The notes under the pieces are model-generated. The model was not told the origin of the DNA, made no database searches, and worked only from the letters and a program-made list of their open reading frames with translations. A DNA stretch of 36,624 nt from a virus (taxonomy: Duplodnaviria > Caudoviricetes), in the IMG/VR virus record IMGVR_UViG_3300043932_000294, positions 1 through 36,624 of that record, one strand, 5' to 3'. This document shows, in pieces, positions 18,630 through 26,189 of this stretch. Each line of letters begins with the position of its first letter. Within the stretch, counting starts at the first letter, position 1. Both the position numbers and the translations under genes were made by a program.

Positions 18630-18851
18630 TTAATTCTGCGAATCATGTGAAACCTCTGCGCCCCATTGGTAGAGCTCATACAATAGCTTGGCAACGCCTG
18701 GAATACTCTCTGCTTCAGCATCGGACAAGTCAATTGCGTGCCACGAAGTCAGTCTATCAAGATATCGGTCGAGTTGAGTTGCCAAACGGTTAATATTAGC
18801 TGTGAATGTTTTTTCATACTGCTTATCTTTGAAAACAATTCCTTTATCCAC
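18630..18851 (-). CDS. 73-aa hypothetical protein
   Basis: GTG start at 18851 preferred because AAGGAGG lies 8 nt upstream. Confidence 0.6.
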   Translation of the reverse strand: MDKGIVFKDKQYEKTFTANINRLATQLDRYLDRLTSWHAIDLSDAEAESIPGVAKLLYELYQWGAEVSHDSQN

Positions 18852-18865
18852 CTTTTGTTCCTCCT

Positions 18866-18909
18866 TAAAAGTAGGCATAAAAATACCACCCTACCTTTTG
18901 GTGGGTGGT
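18866..18909 (-). terminator. Terminator-like hairpin plus conserved 20-nt tail after the candidate immunity gene
   Basis: ACCACCCACC-aaaa-GGTAGGGTGGT then ATTTTTATGCCTACTTTTA. Confidence 0.7.
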
Positions 18910-19143
18910 TTAATATTTTAAATCTTTTGGGGGATTGTGTATTGCTTTATAATTGTCCGGAATCTTTAAACGTGAGATATGAAACGCATTTTTGCAAGAA
19001 TTACACCAAACATCACCATATCCTAGATGTTGTTTTGCATCAACTTCCGTATAGGCATACTGGGTATCATTGCTCCCACAGCAGGGGCATGAACCGGGGG
19101 TACCTTTTTGGGAAATATTTTCAAGATTTTTTAGCCATTTCAT
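18910..19143 (-). CDS. 77-aa Cys-rich (CPCC/CNSC) protein, candidate immunity protein for the MuF C-terminal domain
   Basis: ATGA overlap with the MuF stop; AT-rich like the MuF extension; two CxxC pairs. Confidence 0.65.
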   Translation of the reverse strand: MKWLKNLENISQKGTPGSCPCCGSNDTQYAYTEVDAKQHLGYGDVWCNSCKNAFHISRLKIPDNYKAIHNPPKDLKY

Positions 19144-20468
19144 GATCTCACCTTCTTTTTTAATGCTAAATAAATGATGTTTTCAAGACGATATGCTTGC
19201 TTTTCCATGTGCTCCATGTCTTCTTGCACAATTTTCACACCATATCTTTTATACTGCGCAATATGAACTTTTTCATGTATGAGAGTTTTGATCATAGTTT
19301 CTTCATCTTGAAAGGCATTTGGGAACAAGTCAATCCTTCCAACGTCATGAGAATCAGCATCTGCAAGATATGGAAGGGCAACTAGTGCTTCAGATCGTTG
19401 AATCTTTACGGTAACTCCATTCATGTCTAATCCATATTTTCTGGCAATTTGTAGGACTTGACGCTTTTGCATTGGAACCTGTAAATTCTTAAAAGCTCCT
19501 GTGTTTTGATCACGCCTATCCATCCTTAATAAAGACATTTTATCATTGCCTTTATCAGATTTCAATAGCCATTTATCAAGTTCCGGGTTATCACTTTTTC
19601 CGGCGGCCCAGTCGCCCAATTCCTGCCCGATCTCATCATAGCTTTTCGGGATCACAGCAGTCACGGTGCACATGCCGTTCGGGTGGTCGAAGGGGAGAGC
19701 ATCTTTCTGATAAATCCTGCCGTCACGCTGTGCACATAACTCGCACATGCGGGCACCGTGACTGCTGTGCCACTTGTACGATTCCACAAAGGGATTATCT
19801 TTGGTCGCCCGCTCAAAAGACAGCTGATAAGCGTGTGTAATGGCTGTACGGGAAAGCCTCTGCGCGTTATAGTCAACCACCTGATTGACACCCGGATAAA
19901 CAATGTTCCAGTTCCACGGCTTTGCAGCCTTTGGGTCAACATACATTTCCAAATCTTTCGCAAGATCAAAGGCGGATTTCTGTGCCTCGATTCCCTTGAC
20001 GATCACGGTCTGAATATCACGGTTATACTTTTTGCGGTAATTCCAGATACGCTCAGACAGCCCGGAAAAATCTTTATAGATTCCACCGGACATCAGCTCA
20101 TCGGCGGCAGACTGAGGAACTCTGGAAAACACATCGGAGAAATGTTCAGAGAGTTCCGGGGCAAGCTTGGAATAAAACGTCTGCTCTGCCTTTACGGGAG
20201 CTTTTGCGGATTGTAACAAACTATCCGCAACTCCTGCTTTAATCACGGTATAGAGCCGCTTGCTGTCTTTCTGTAGGCTTTTTGCATAGTCCTTAACCCA
20301 ACGATAGGTGAGAGAGTCGGGGGTGTATCGCTGCAGTCGGTGATTTAAGTCATCCGAGATTTCCTGATAGAGCCCCGCAATCTGCTTTTGCTGTGCCTTT
20401 GTGATGGTGACACGCGCCTGCTCGGCGGCTTTCACAAGCTCCCAGTAATTTCCCAGTCGGCCGGACAT
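19140..20468 (-). CDS. MuF/SPP1 gp7-like minor head protein with C-terminal HEXXH metallopeptidase-like extension
   Basis: RLSRTAITHAY, CELC, PFDHPNGMC MuF motifs; extra ~130 aa with TLIHEKVH...E..AY. Confidence 0.85.
   Translation of the reverse strand: MSGRLGNYWELVKAAEQARVTITKAQQKQIAGLYQEISDDLNHRLQRYTPDSLTYRWVKDYAKSLQKDSKRLYTVIKAGVADSLLQSAKAPVKAEQTFYSKLAPELSEHFSDVFSRVPQSAADELMSGGIYKDFSGLSERIWNYRKKYNRDIQTVIVKGIEAQKSAFDLAKDLEMYVDPKAAKPWNWNIVYPGVNQVVDYNAQRLSRTAITHAYQLSFERATKDNPFVESYKWHSSHGARMCELCAQRDGRIYQKDALPFDHPNGMCTVTAVIPKSYDEIGQELGDWAAGKSDNPELDKWLLKSDKGNDKMSLLRMDRRDQNTGAFKNLQVPMQKRQVLQIARKYGLDMNGVTVKIQRSEALVALPYLADADSHDVGRIDLFPNAFQDEETMIKTLIHEKVHIAQYKRYGVKIVQEDMEHMEKQAYRLENIIYLALKKKVRS
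19537..19565 (-). promoter_or_regulatory. Internal sigmaA promoter at the MuF/extension junction
   Basis: TTGAAA-N17-TAAAAT with extended -10 TG, encoded in the linker LLKSDKGNDKM. Confidence 0.55.
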
Positions 20469-21940
20469 TACTCGTCACCAGCCGGGGAGGGCTCAGCTGC
20501 AAAGCTGTCCTGCATCATCTGTTGCTCTTTAGCAATCTGCTCGATCTCCGTTTCCGCGTCTTCCGGCGTCATACCCTTACTGTTGGGGCCGCCCCATTTC
20601 ATGAGGTAGCTCTTAATAGACCTGGACTTGTTGGAAACTTCGGAAAGATCAAGCTGCTTTTCTTCGTCTTCATCTTCGGGCAGGGGGTATTGATTATCGA
20701 TCATAATCACATGTGTGTCTGCCTCAAAAGCTCCATAGACATTTTTAAGTCCTGGATTAACATCCGCCGCGTAAAGCAGCAGTTCTGTGAGCCATTCGAG
20801 CGCCGGTCCCCAGGCATTCATCTTTTCTTCGCACCTGCAGATCAGCGGCCAGTATAATGTTTTAAGTCCCTTGCCGCTGGTGATTACATTGCGGGTGCTT
20901 TCCTGGTTAAGATCAGGCACACCGACAAGATCGTGCATATCCTGTTTGATAGTGGACTCAGTATCTGCAAAAGCAGAGGCATAGGAAAACGTATTAGAGA
21001 TCGTACCAACCTGTACATTAGGCGCGCCGCCGTCGCTCGCTTGTGCCAGATCGCCTTTTAGATCCCACAGAGCGCCGGGGGCGCAGCGGAAAGATTTCAT
21101 GCAGGACGGGTCAACGCCGGACATGTATGTAATCTGGTTCATGCCTTTTCGCAGGGAATCAATATTGCCTGACTTTAATCGGCCATACCAGGCATCATCG
21201 CACATCAGATCGCGGATTTCACTGACGCCTTCTGTATCGCCGGACAGACCATCATTGAGGATCACATAGGCCGGTATTCTGTCAAGTCCCGTGTCGTAAT
21301 CCTGCTTTGTGCCGTCCCACTCTACCGTTTGACCGTAGCCGTCTGTAATACGTTCATCAAGTAGACATCGGGTGCCCTCCATGCGGTATTTCTGCACCCA
21401 AATACGCTGGCGTTGTCTATCCGGATCGTCCTGCATCGTGTAGAAAAACACAATGCGCTCGATTATATCAACGTCATCAAGCGCCGTCTCATATACAAAG
21501 CCGTCCGCCGGAACAAACATAATGCTCAGCTTATCAGCAGTTACATTGACTTTGAGAGCGACTCTGCCGCCGATCAGACAGTCACGGGCACCTTTAATCA
21601 GCTTGTCTCTCCAAAGGTTAGACTTCAATACCTTTCCAAGATATGCCTGCATATCGGCTTCATTCGGGCGGCCGTCTTTTGTTTGGGTTTCCTCTGGACA
21701 AATGACTTTGATTTCCGGTGACTTGCCAAAAAGGAACTGTGCTTCGCGGCGGATCAGTTTCTTAATTTGCTTAGACGGTAGTTTAGCCGGTGCATAGTCG
21801 CCGCCGGAGTCTACCTCAAAACGTGCGCCGTTATCGTAAATCGCGTAATAGTCCTCAATCTTTCCCAGCTTCTGTAGCACATCGGGGCCATAGGGGCCAA
21901 CAAGTTCAGAGTAAATAAAATTTGGTATCAGAATAATCAC
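20468..21940 (-). CDS. Portal protein (SPP1 gp6-like)
   Basis: 490 aa between TerL and MuF; SGKGLKTLY..L, acidic C-terminus; exact start uncertain. Confidence 0.88.
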   Translation of the reverse strand: MIILIPNFIYSELVGPYGPDVLQKLGKIEDYYAIYDNGARFEVDSGGDYAPAKLPSKQIKKLIRREAQFLFGKSPEIKVICPEETQTKDGRPNEADMQAYLGKVLKSNLWRDKLIKGARDCLIGGRVALKVNVTADKLSIMFVPADGFVYETALDDVDIIERIVFFYTMQDDPDRQRQRIWVQKYRMEGTRCLLDERITDGYGQTVEWDGTKQDYDTGLDRIPAYVILNDGLSGDTEGVSEIRDLMCDDAWYGRLKSGNIDSLRKGMNQITYMSGVDPSCMKSFRCAPGALWDLKGDLAQASDGGAPNVQVGTISNTFSYASAFADTESTIKQDMHDLVGVPDLNQESTRNVITSGKGLKTLYWPLICRCEEKMNAWGPALEWLTELLLYAADVNPGLKNVYGAFEADTHVIMIDNQYPLPEDEDEEKQLDLSEVSNKSRSIKSYLMKWGGPNSKGMTPEDAETEIEQIAKEQQMMQDSFAAEPSPAGDE

Positions 21941-23139
21941 CTCCCATATTTTTTATCGCTGTAAATTCCGTACCGGATTGCGTCCTGCACGTCATCATCA
22001 ATCTTGACCGGCTCGTCCGTACCTTTTTTCCAGACATAGCTATAGATCTCATGCGGGAATCTGCTGACGTTTTCCCGCACAATAAACAGTCGCTTTTGCT
22101 TATAGAGGCTTGCAACTTCGGCAATGCCGGCAAGTACGTCCTTCCGGGCATTGATAGCACGCAGCCTTGCAACGCGCATCTGCTGAATTAAATCAGGCCG
22201 TGCAGAATCGCAGTAGAAATTAATATCACCGTACTGATCTTTGATCGATTGCCCGATCTTGATCCAGTTGTCGATATGTCGGTGCTGTGCCGCCCATTCC
22301 CGGACAAGGTAATACCGCCCGTCCTCTGTGCGGCCGATCAGTACAAATGCGCCCCAGTGCTCCCAGCCAAAGTCAACACCAACGAACCAGCGGCTGATCT
22401 CGTCAATTGGAACTTGATCCATGCTAATGTAATGCACCTTTTCATCAAAGTCCGGATAGACAGCACCGTCAGCCGATACCCATGCACCATTAATATCTCG
22501 GTCATAAAACATACCAGACGGGGTAGAGGTTTTAATGTTCTGCCGGTATCGATCAGATAAGAATGTGTTATCGTCCAGTCTCCATGAGTACTGCACGATT
22601 GTCTTTCCGTCAGCTTTATCGATGTAGTCGGTTTTGAGCCAGTGCGCAGGATCGGCCGGGTTGGTATCCATGAGAATGCGCGCACCGTCACCCGAACATC
22701 GGGACTTGATTTCGTCAAAGACTTCCTCATTTGCAACGCATGCTTCGTTGATGTAAGCGCCCCAGGCCGTCATGCCTCGAATGCGCCCCATATCATTGAT
22801 TTTGGAATGACCGAAGCAGCATACCTGGACGCCGAACAGCTGAAAGCGGTTAAACTTATCAAACTGAAATTGGAGGCCGTATTTGCCGGACAATTCGTTG
22901 AGTATATTGCGGTGGATGCTGCCAATGTCAGCGGCAGCTAAAATGTACTGTGGGTTTGAAACCCCGGCAGCGGCGGCATTTTTGCGCGCTCTCATAAGCT
23001 CATACAGAAACAAATCGTTGTCGAGTACCGTCTTACCGGATCGTTTGGCACCGTGATTGATCAGCATAAAATAATCCTGCGTCATAGCTCGGCGCAGGAC
23101 TTCTTGTTGCTTTGTGTGATATAGATTATTTAGGCTCAT
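21937..23139 (-). CDS. terL: Terminase large subunit (PBSX/SPP1-type)
   Basis: Walker A GAKRSGKT, Walker B YINEA, DTNP..P.HW, nuclease GVDFG, DSARP, DDVQDAIRY. Confidence 0.95.
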   Translation of the reverse strand: MSLNNLYHTKQQEVLRRAMTQDYFMLINHGAKRSGKTVLDNDLFLYELMRARKNAAAAGVSNPQYILAAADIGSIHRNILNELSGKYGLQFQFDKFNRFQLFGVQVCCFGHSKINDMGRIRGMTAWGAYINEACVANEEVFDEIKSRCSGDGARILMDTNPADPAHWLKTDYIDKADGKTIVQYSWRLDDNTFLSDRYRQNIKTSTPSGMFYDRDINGAWVSADGAVYPDFDEKVHYISMDQVPIDEISRWFVGVDFGWEHWGAFVLIGRTEDGRYYLVREWAAQHRHIDNWIKIGQSIKDQYGDINFYCDSARPDLIQQMRVARLRAINARKDVLAGIAEVASLYKQKRLFIVRENVSRFPHEIYSYVWKKGTDEPVKIDDDVQDAIRYGIYSDKKYGR

Positions 23140-23527
23140 TTTTTACAGTACCCTCCAAAGCTTTGAGATAATCCGCGATGCGATCTTCCGCAGACGATGA
23201 TTGCAGGTTGTCCTCTCCAATCAAATTCCGCAGCTCCTTAACAGCCTGTACATCTCCTGACTGTGCGGCTTGCATTAATGCAAATGTTACCAGCATCTTA
23301 TTATCGCAGCCCTCGGGCGGAACACCGGCACGAGACAACTTGTTCCACTTGCGCCGATCAGAAACAGGGAGGGACAGCAGGAAATCAGCGTACTCGCGCA
23401 TCGTCTTTTTTGCCCTGCGAGCTTCACCACTTGCTTTGCCGGCTTTTCGGGCGTTCGCCGCGCGTTCAGAAGGTGTCAAGCTGTTATTTAAGGCATCGGC
23501 AGACATTAGATTTTTTCCTTTTGCCAT
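23126..23527 (-). CDS. terS: Terminase small subunit (putative)
   Basis: Overlaps terL start; ARKAGKASGEARR and A.SGDVQA motifs. Confidence 0.75.
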   Translation of the reverse strand: MAKGKNLMSADALNNSLTPSERAANARKAGKASGEARRAKKTMREYADFLLSLPVSDRRKWNKLSRAGVPPEGCDNKMLVTFALMQAAQSGDVQAVKELRNLIGEDNLQSSSAEDRIADYLKALEGTVKNEPK

Positions 23528-23767
23528 TTAGGGACCACCACCCGGAGGGCGCTGACCGATCAGCATCAAGTCAGTAGCCCATTGTGCCCGCAGCCGGCGA
23601 AGATCGGCTTCCTGCTGGATAGATCGATGGGGTAGGGCCTCGAGATTGCGGATTGCTTTATCTAGCTCCTTGCGGTGATGCGGGTCCAGCGGGCAATAGG
23701 GGAGGGCACACGCTGGGGTGCCGGCCTTTATAGTGTTATTCTGCGGACAATGATTACATGGCAGCAT
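23528..23767 (-). CDS. 79-aa hypothetical protein with N-terminal Cys cluster
   Basis: RBS AAGGAGGT; stop abuts the terS start; CNHC..CALPYC. Confidence 0.7.
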   Translation of the reverse strand: MLPCNHCPQNNTIKAGTPACALPYCPLDPHHRKELDKAIRNLEALPHRSIQQEADLRRLRAQWATDLMLIGQRPPGGGP

Positions 23768-23780
23768 GGTGCCACCTCCT

Positions 23781-23820
23781 TAAAAATGAGTATAAAAATA
23801 GCAGCCTGATTGAGGCTGCT
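23781..23820 (-). terminator. Terminator-like hairpin plus conserved 20-nt tail at the left edge of the defence cassette
   Basis: AGCAGCCT-caatc-AGGCTGCT then ATTTTTATACTCATTTTTA. Confidence 0.75.
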
Positions 23821-23872
23821 CGAATGAATTAAATAATTTATGGAAGCCTTAAAAATAATATAGGCTTTTATG

Positions 23873-23901
23873 TTGATTATTGAAAAAAATGGTAATATAC
23901 T
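23873..23901 (+). promoter_or_regulatory. SigmaA promoter for the SLATT gene
   Basis: TTGATT-N17-TATACT. Confidence 0.65.
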
Positions 23902-23927
23902 AAAAATATTAATTAAAATATTAAATT

Positions 23928-24383
23928 ATGGTAGTGAATATAATGCAGATTTGTGATTACATACATGATCGTGTTGATGACCAAATTAAATGGTACGATG
24001 AAAAGTCTTTATCATGCCAAAAAAAATACAAAGTAATTCAAATAATAGAAATTGTTTTCGCAGCGTTCATTCCGCTCTTATCTGGTTATACCGCTGTAAA
24101 TTTTATTATTCCGATTATTATTGGTATAATTGGTGCAGTTATAACGATATTAGAATCTTTAACGAAATTGAATAAATATCATGAAAATTGGATTTCATAC
24201 AGAACAACTTGTGAGATGCTTAGATACCATAAAAATTTATTTTTAACACATTCAGGGCCATATTGTACAGAAGAAGAATCTGTGGAAAATTTATTCGTAA
24301 AAAATATGGAGCAAATTATTTCTGTAGAAAATAATCAATGGAAGTCAGTAAATGAAAAAAATGCAAAAGAAAACAAAAAGTGA
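23928..24383 (+). CDS. DUF4231/SLATT-family two-TM protein, putative membrane effector
   Basis: Y..DRVDDQIKWYDEKS, two TM helices, HENWISYRTTCE.L..HK.LF, E..ISVEN..W; alternative start 23943. Confidence 0.85.
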   Translation: MVVNIMQICDYIHDRVDDQIKWYDEKSLSCQKKYKVIQIIEIVFAAFIPLLSGYTAVNFIIPIIIGIIGAVITILESLTKLNKYHENWISYRTTCEMLRYHKNLFLTHSGPYCTEEESVENLFVKNMEQIISVENNQWKSVNEKNAKENKK

Positions 24384-24386
24384 CCC

Positions 24387-24578
24387 TTAGATCTTTTTAT
24401 ATGTTTTTTTAAATATATCCGGTTTACAAGGGTATTGTTCTCCATGAATTCCTGTGATGATCCAATCTCCTGGTTCTGCTATCATGTCTCCTTCTAAAGT
24501 ATGGATAACTAACTTTTCAAAAGTTTGATATGCTTCTACAGTAATAGGCTTTTTTTGAAATTTGTTTGGATGTTGCAT
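24387..24578 (-). CDS. 63-aa PGDYG-like beta protein (KKP..EA / TLEG / PGDW / YPCKPDIF family)
   Basis: RBS GAGGTG; motif set of a widespread small phage protein family, here in minimal form. Confidence 0.85.
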   Translation of the reverse strand: MQHPNKFQKKPITVEAYQTFEKLVIHTLEGDMIAEPGDWIITGIHGEQYPCKPDIFKKTYKKI

Positions 24579-24583
24579 AAAAT
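24555..24583 (+). promoter_or_regulatory. SigmaA promoter for the TIR gene, overlapping the start of the antisense gene
   Basis: TTGAAA-N17-TAAAAT. Confidence 0.55.
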
Positions 24584-24620
24584 CACCTCGTAATTATTAA
24601 TCGTTTTGAAAGGAGTTTAA

Positions 24621-25049
24621 ATGAAAAACTATCATATTTTTATTAGTCATGCATGGAAATATTCTGATGCTTACAATAAAGTTGTATCCTGGCTTAACGA
24701 AGCGCAAGATGAGGGAGAATTTACTTGGAGTAACTATTCGGTTCCGGAGCATGACCCATTAATTGATCCAAATACATCAAGTGGAAAGAGACAATTAAAA
24801 GAAGCATTGAATGGTCAAATTAGTCCGGCATCTCTTGTTATTGTGATTTCTGGAATGTATGTTGCATACAGTGAATGGATTGACTATGAAATCGATACAG
24901 CTGTGTCTTATGGAAAATATATTATTGGCTTAAAGCCTTGGGGACAAGAGCGTATTCCTGAAAAAGTATCTGATAATGCTGATATAATGGTTGGATGGAA
25001 TAAAAAATCTTTAGTTGATGCTATAAAAAATTCGGGGAAAAATTCTTAA
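24621..25049 (+). CDS. ThsB-like (MTH538/DUF1863) TIR-domain protein
   Basis: IFISHAW, NYSVP..DP, VIVISG, catalytic-type SEWIDYEI, GKYIIG, VGWN; RBS AAAGGAG. Confidence 0.9.
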   Translation: MKNYHIFISHAWKYSDAYNKVVSWLNEAQDEGEFTWSNYSVPEHDPLIDPNTSSGKRQLKEALNGQISPASLVIVISGMYVAYSEWIDYEIDTAVSYGKYIIGLKPWGQERIPEKVSDNADIMVGWNKKSLVDAIKNSGKNS

Positions 25050-25077
25050 AATTTTATAAGAAACTGTAGAAGCTTTC

Positions 25078-25114
25078 AAAATAACTGCTGTACAAAATAT
25101 ACAGCAGTTATTTT
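25078..25114. terminator. Bidirectional terminator after the TIR gene
   Basis: Perfect inverted repeat AAAATAACTGCTGTA / TACAGCAGTTATTTT. Confidence 0.8.
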
Positions 25115-25228
25115 AATATCATTACTTATGTCCTTGAAATGAGAATAAGCCTTTCTAACAATCTCTTATATGACACGCAAAATTAGCCTTAATAGACTAA
25201 TATATTACAATATTAAAAAAATAAAAGC

Positions 25229-25258
25229 AAAAAAGCACCACTGTTTCAGCGGTGCTTT
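25229..25258 (-). terminator. Terminator after the methyltransferase
   Basis: AAAGCACC...GGTGCTTT stem with a T-run on the minus strand. Confidence 0.75.
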
Positions 25259-25275
25259 AGGGGGTAGGAAAAAGA

Positions 25276-26010
25276 CTATTTGTCTTGTAATCGGTTTATG
25301 GCTGTTTGGTAATACTGCCGGTCAATTTCCCAGCATACAAAATTTCTTTTGGACTGTTTGCATGCAACCGCCGTTGTTCCGCTGCCGCAGCAGCTGTCGA
25401 GGACAAGTTCGCCCGGGTTTGTGTAAGTCCGAATCAGGTAGTCAAATAGGGCTACCGGCTTTTGAGTCGGATGTAGGCCGCGCTCACACTTGACTTCTAG
25501 GAGCTGGCGTGGATAATGAACAATGCAGGTTTCTGTGTCATGGGAAAGGCTGTTGTCCATACGATAGACGCAGTCTCCATGGGCAGGAACTTTTTTACCA
25601 CTTCTTTTGACTGGTTTGTCTAAAACAATTAGTCCCTGTGGATTGTAAGTGGGGAGGTGCTTGTAAAATACACACACTTCTTCAATACACCGCAGGGGCA
25701 TTTTCTTTGCGTTCGCAAATCCGGTTGGTTGATTTTTGTACCAGTACCAGCAATATCGGAAAAGCTTTGGTTGACTGCTGATTAGCTGCGTCGTGAAAGG
25801 CTGGCATCCGGTTAAACAGATTGCACCGTGATCTTTGATGACTCTGAGGTATTGTTCCCATAACTGATCAAACGGTAAGAGGCTGTCCCAGCGACACCCC
25901 GTGATTCCATACGGGAGATCGGTGAGGATCATGTCTACACTGTGATCGGGCAGCCGGTGCATTCCGGCGATGCAGTCTTCGTTAAAAATATGATTGATAT
26001 AGTTTTCCAT
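25276..26010 (-). CDS. Orphan N4/N6 DNA methyltransferase (beta class)
   Basis: Motif IV DLPY near the N-terminus, HPTQKP, motif I variant DSCCGSGTT. Confidence 0.92.
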   Translation of the reverse strand: MENYINHIFNEDCIAGMHRLPDHSVDMILTDLPYGITGCRWDSLLPFDQLWEQYLRVIKDHGAICLTGCQPFTTQLISSQPKLFRYCWYWYKNQPTGFANAKKMPLRCIEEVCVFYKHLPTYNPQGLIVLDKPVKRSGKKVPAHGDCVYRMDNSLSHDTETCIVHYPRQLLEVKCERGLHPTQKPVALFDYLIRTYTNPGELVLDSCCGSGTTAVACKQSKRNFVCWEIDRQYYQTAINRLQDK

Positions 26011-26129
26011 GTGTAATCTCCTTTTTGTCAGAGACCCGCATGGCCTGCACTAAAAACGGTATAGAAAAAGAAGCTTTTAAAAGCCCCTCTCTGCGAAATT
26101 CCTGTAATTATATGTTAGCACACATTTTT

Positions 26130-26189
26130 CTCCGGTGCGCTCCGGAAAACTCCGGTTTACTCCGATTTACTCCGGAAAACTCCGGCTTT
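26130..26189 (-). promoter_or_regulatory. Six tandem 10-bp repeats, putative late-activator binding array upstream of the late promoter
   Basis: CTCCG(G/A) at 26130, 26140, 26150, 26160, 26170, 26180; minus-strand TGCTAACAT/TATAAT just downstream; directly after the activator gene. Confidence 0.8.

Noticed and set aside
23928-25049. Calling the cassette canonical Thoeris (thsA/thsB)
   Set aside because: No SIR2/SLOG or Macro-domain ThsA is present; gene symbols withheld.
25170-25493. 107-aa plus-strand ORF as a fourth cassette gene
   Set aside because: Lies beyond the bidirectional terminator, runs through another terminator and antisense into the MTase; no RBS.
26130-26189. Tandem repeats as a CRISPR array
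   Set aside because: 10-bp period, no spacers, no cas genes; fits an activator-binding array.
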